This document shows, in pieces, positions 62,694-64,000 of a stretch of 64,000 nt of DNA. The position numbers were made by a program, and so were the translations under genes. How positions within the stretch are numbered: position 1 is the first letter of the stretch; every line of letters begins with the position of its first letter. Source of the stretch: Spirochaetota bacterium (lineage in GTDB: Bacteria > Spirochaetota > UBA6919 > CBDBPB01). The stretch spans positions 288,001 to 352,000 of the forward strand of contig CBDBPB010000004.1 of NCBI GenBank assembly GCA_965208615.1, in the 5' to 3' direction. Under the pieces are notes generated by a model. The model ran no database searches and was not told the origin of the DNA. It saw nothing but the letters and a program-made list of their open reading frames with translations.

Positions 62694-63755
62694 TTGAAAA
62701 TTGCTGTTGGGCTTTCTGGAGGTATTGATAGTACTGTTGCTTTATTAAGACTGCATGAGAAGGGACATGATCTTATTGGAATAACAATGAAGGCTACTTT
62801 TGGAGAACAAGATTATGGAAAATGTTGTTCTATAAAAGATGTTCATGATGCTAAGTATATTTGTCAGACCCTTGGGATTAGGCATTATGTCATTGATGTA
62901 AAAAAAGAGTTTTATGAAAAAATAGTTAAATATTTTGTTGATGAATATATAAATGGTCATACTCCTAATCCGTGTATATTTTGCAATGAGCTAATAAAGT
63001 TTAAAAGGCTGATTGAGGCCGCTAATTCTTTAGGTTATGATTATTTTGCTACTGGTCATTATGCTATTATTGATAAATATGTCATGAAGAAGGGTATTGA
63101 TAAACTAAAGGATCAGACATATTTTTTAAGTCGCCTTCCGTTATCTATATTGAAGAAATCTTTATTCCCCCTTGGAAAAACTTATAAGAAGGATAATATT
63201 AATTATTTGTCTGAGAAGTCTATCTATATAAGCAAAAAGCGAGAGAGTCATGAGATTTGCTTTGTTTTGGGAAATGACTATAGAGAATTAATAAAACAAG
63301 AAGCCAATGATAAAATAAAAACAGGGGATATCCTTGATGAGGCTGGCTATAAGATCGGTGAACATAAGGGTATAGCATACTATACCATTGGTCAGAGAAA
63401 GGGTTTAAATATTGCAATGGCTAAGCCTATTTATGTTAGAGAGCTAAAATCTGTTAGTAATTCCATTGTCGTTGGAGAAAAACCATATAACAGCTCTTTT
63501 ATTATAAATAATGTCAATTGGCTTTTGGATTATGACTTTGATAAACCTCTTACAGTTAAGGTTAGATATTTCCATGAGGGCGAAGAGGCTATTTTAAAAA
63601 AGTCCAATATAGATGGTGAATTTGTAGTTCAGCTAAGACAAAGTGTTTTTGCTATAACAAAAGGACAGGCCGCTGTTTTTTACGATAATGATATAGTTGT
63701 GTGTTCTGGCATCATAAAGCAGATTATAGATGATCCCCGCCATCAACAAATATAA
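62694..63755 (+). CDS. mnmA: tRNA 2-thiouridylase
   Basis: SGGIDS, TPNPCIFCN, ATGHYA, KDQTYFL, TIGQRKGL, GQAAVFY. Confidence 0.95.
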   Translation: MKIAVGLSGGIDSTVALLRLHEKGHDLIGITMKATFGEQDYGKCCSIKDVHDAKYICQTLGIRHYVIDVKKEFYEKIVKYFVDEYINGHTPNPCIFCNELIKFKRLIEAANSLGYDYFATGHYAIIDKYVMKKGIDKLKDQTYFLSRLPLSILKKSLFPLGKTYKKDNINYLSEKSIYISKKRESHEICFVLGNDYRELIKQEANDKIKTGDILDEAGYKIGEHKGIAYYTIGQRKGLNIAMAKPIYVRELKSVSNSIVVGEKPYNSSFIINNVNWLLDYDFDKPLTVKVRYFHEGEEAILKKSNIDGEFVVQLRQSVFAITKGQAAVFYDNDIVVCSGIIKQIIDDPRHQQI

Positions 63756-63999
63756 ACTGCCCTGTAATAAACGTATTATGTATAAGAAACTCTATAGCCT
63801 TAATTATTTCTTCTGGTTCGCCTTTTCTCTGTAGGAGTATTGTTTTAGGTCTTTTTTTTAGATAACAACTATTTTGTTCTTCCGGAGCTAATATATAACC
63901 TGGGGCAATACCATTAACTCTAATATTTGGTGCAAGCTCTTTTGCGGATATTTTTGTTAAATCTGCCAAAGCTTTTTTTGATAAAGTGTATGAGGCATA
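63724..63999 (-). CDS. SDR family oxidoreductase (pteridine reductase-like), 3' part, truncated by window end
   Basis: YTLSK catalytic motif, ELAPNIRVNGIAPG, ITGQFIFVDGG. Confidence 0.85.
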   Translation of the reverse strand, partial: YASYTLSKKALADLTKISAKELAPNIRVNGIAPGYILAPEEQNSCYLKKRPKTILLQRKGEPEEIIKAIEFLIHNTFITGQFIFVDGGDHL

Positions 64000-64000
64000 G

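Noticed and set aside
1474-63417. Many short antisense or alternate-frame ORFs in the track (e.g. 2225-2437, 7351-7671, 40310-40753, 44290-44694, 45022-45510)
   Set aside because: They shadow well-supported genes and have no recognisable motifs

Overview
AT-rich bacterial chromosome segment, standard genetic code. It is most likely from a spirochaete: the FlaB-type flagellin starts MIINHNLSA, CheX is present, and a Kdo transferase implies LPS. Content is mostly housekeeping: serS end, tldD/pmbA, a group 3b [NiFe] hydrogenase operon, rpmF-plsX-fabDGF-rnc, murD-ftsW-nagZ, surface-glycan genes, bshC-bshA, glnE, aroQ-efp-accB-accC, waaA, sfsA-lnt, mnmA. I saw no tRNA, rRNA, CRISPR array or transposase. 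Notable items: a NERD/coiled-coil/TM/TPR protein preceded by a perfect 3x26-bp repeat carrying ATG-GCT-TAA minigenes, an AccB-like protein lacking the biotinylated Lys, a candidate ~170-nt sRNA, bacillithiol genes in a probable spirochaete, several enzymes with degenerate catalytic motifs, a rubredoxin missed by the ORF track, and a frameshifted S41 peptidase. All calls come from motif recognition by eye; no database search was run.
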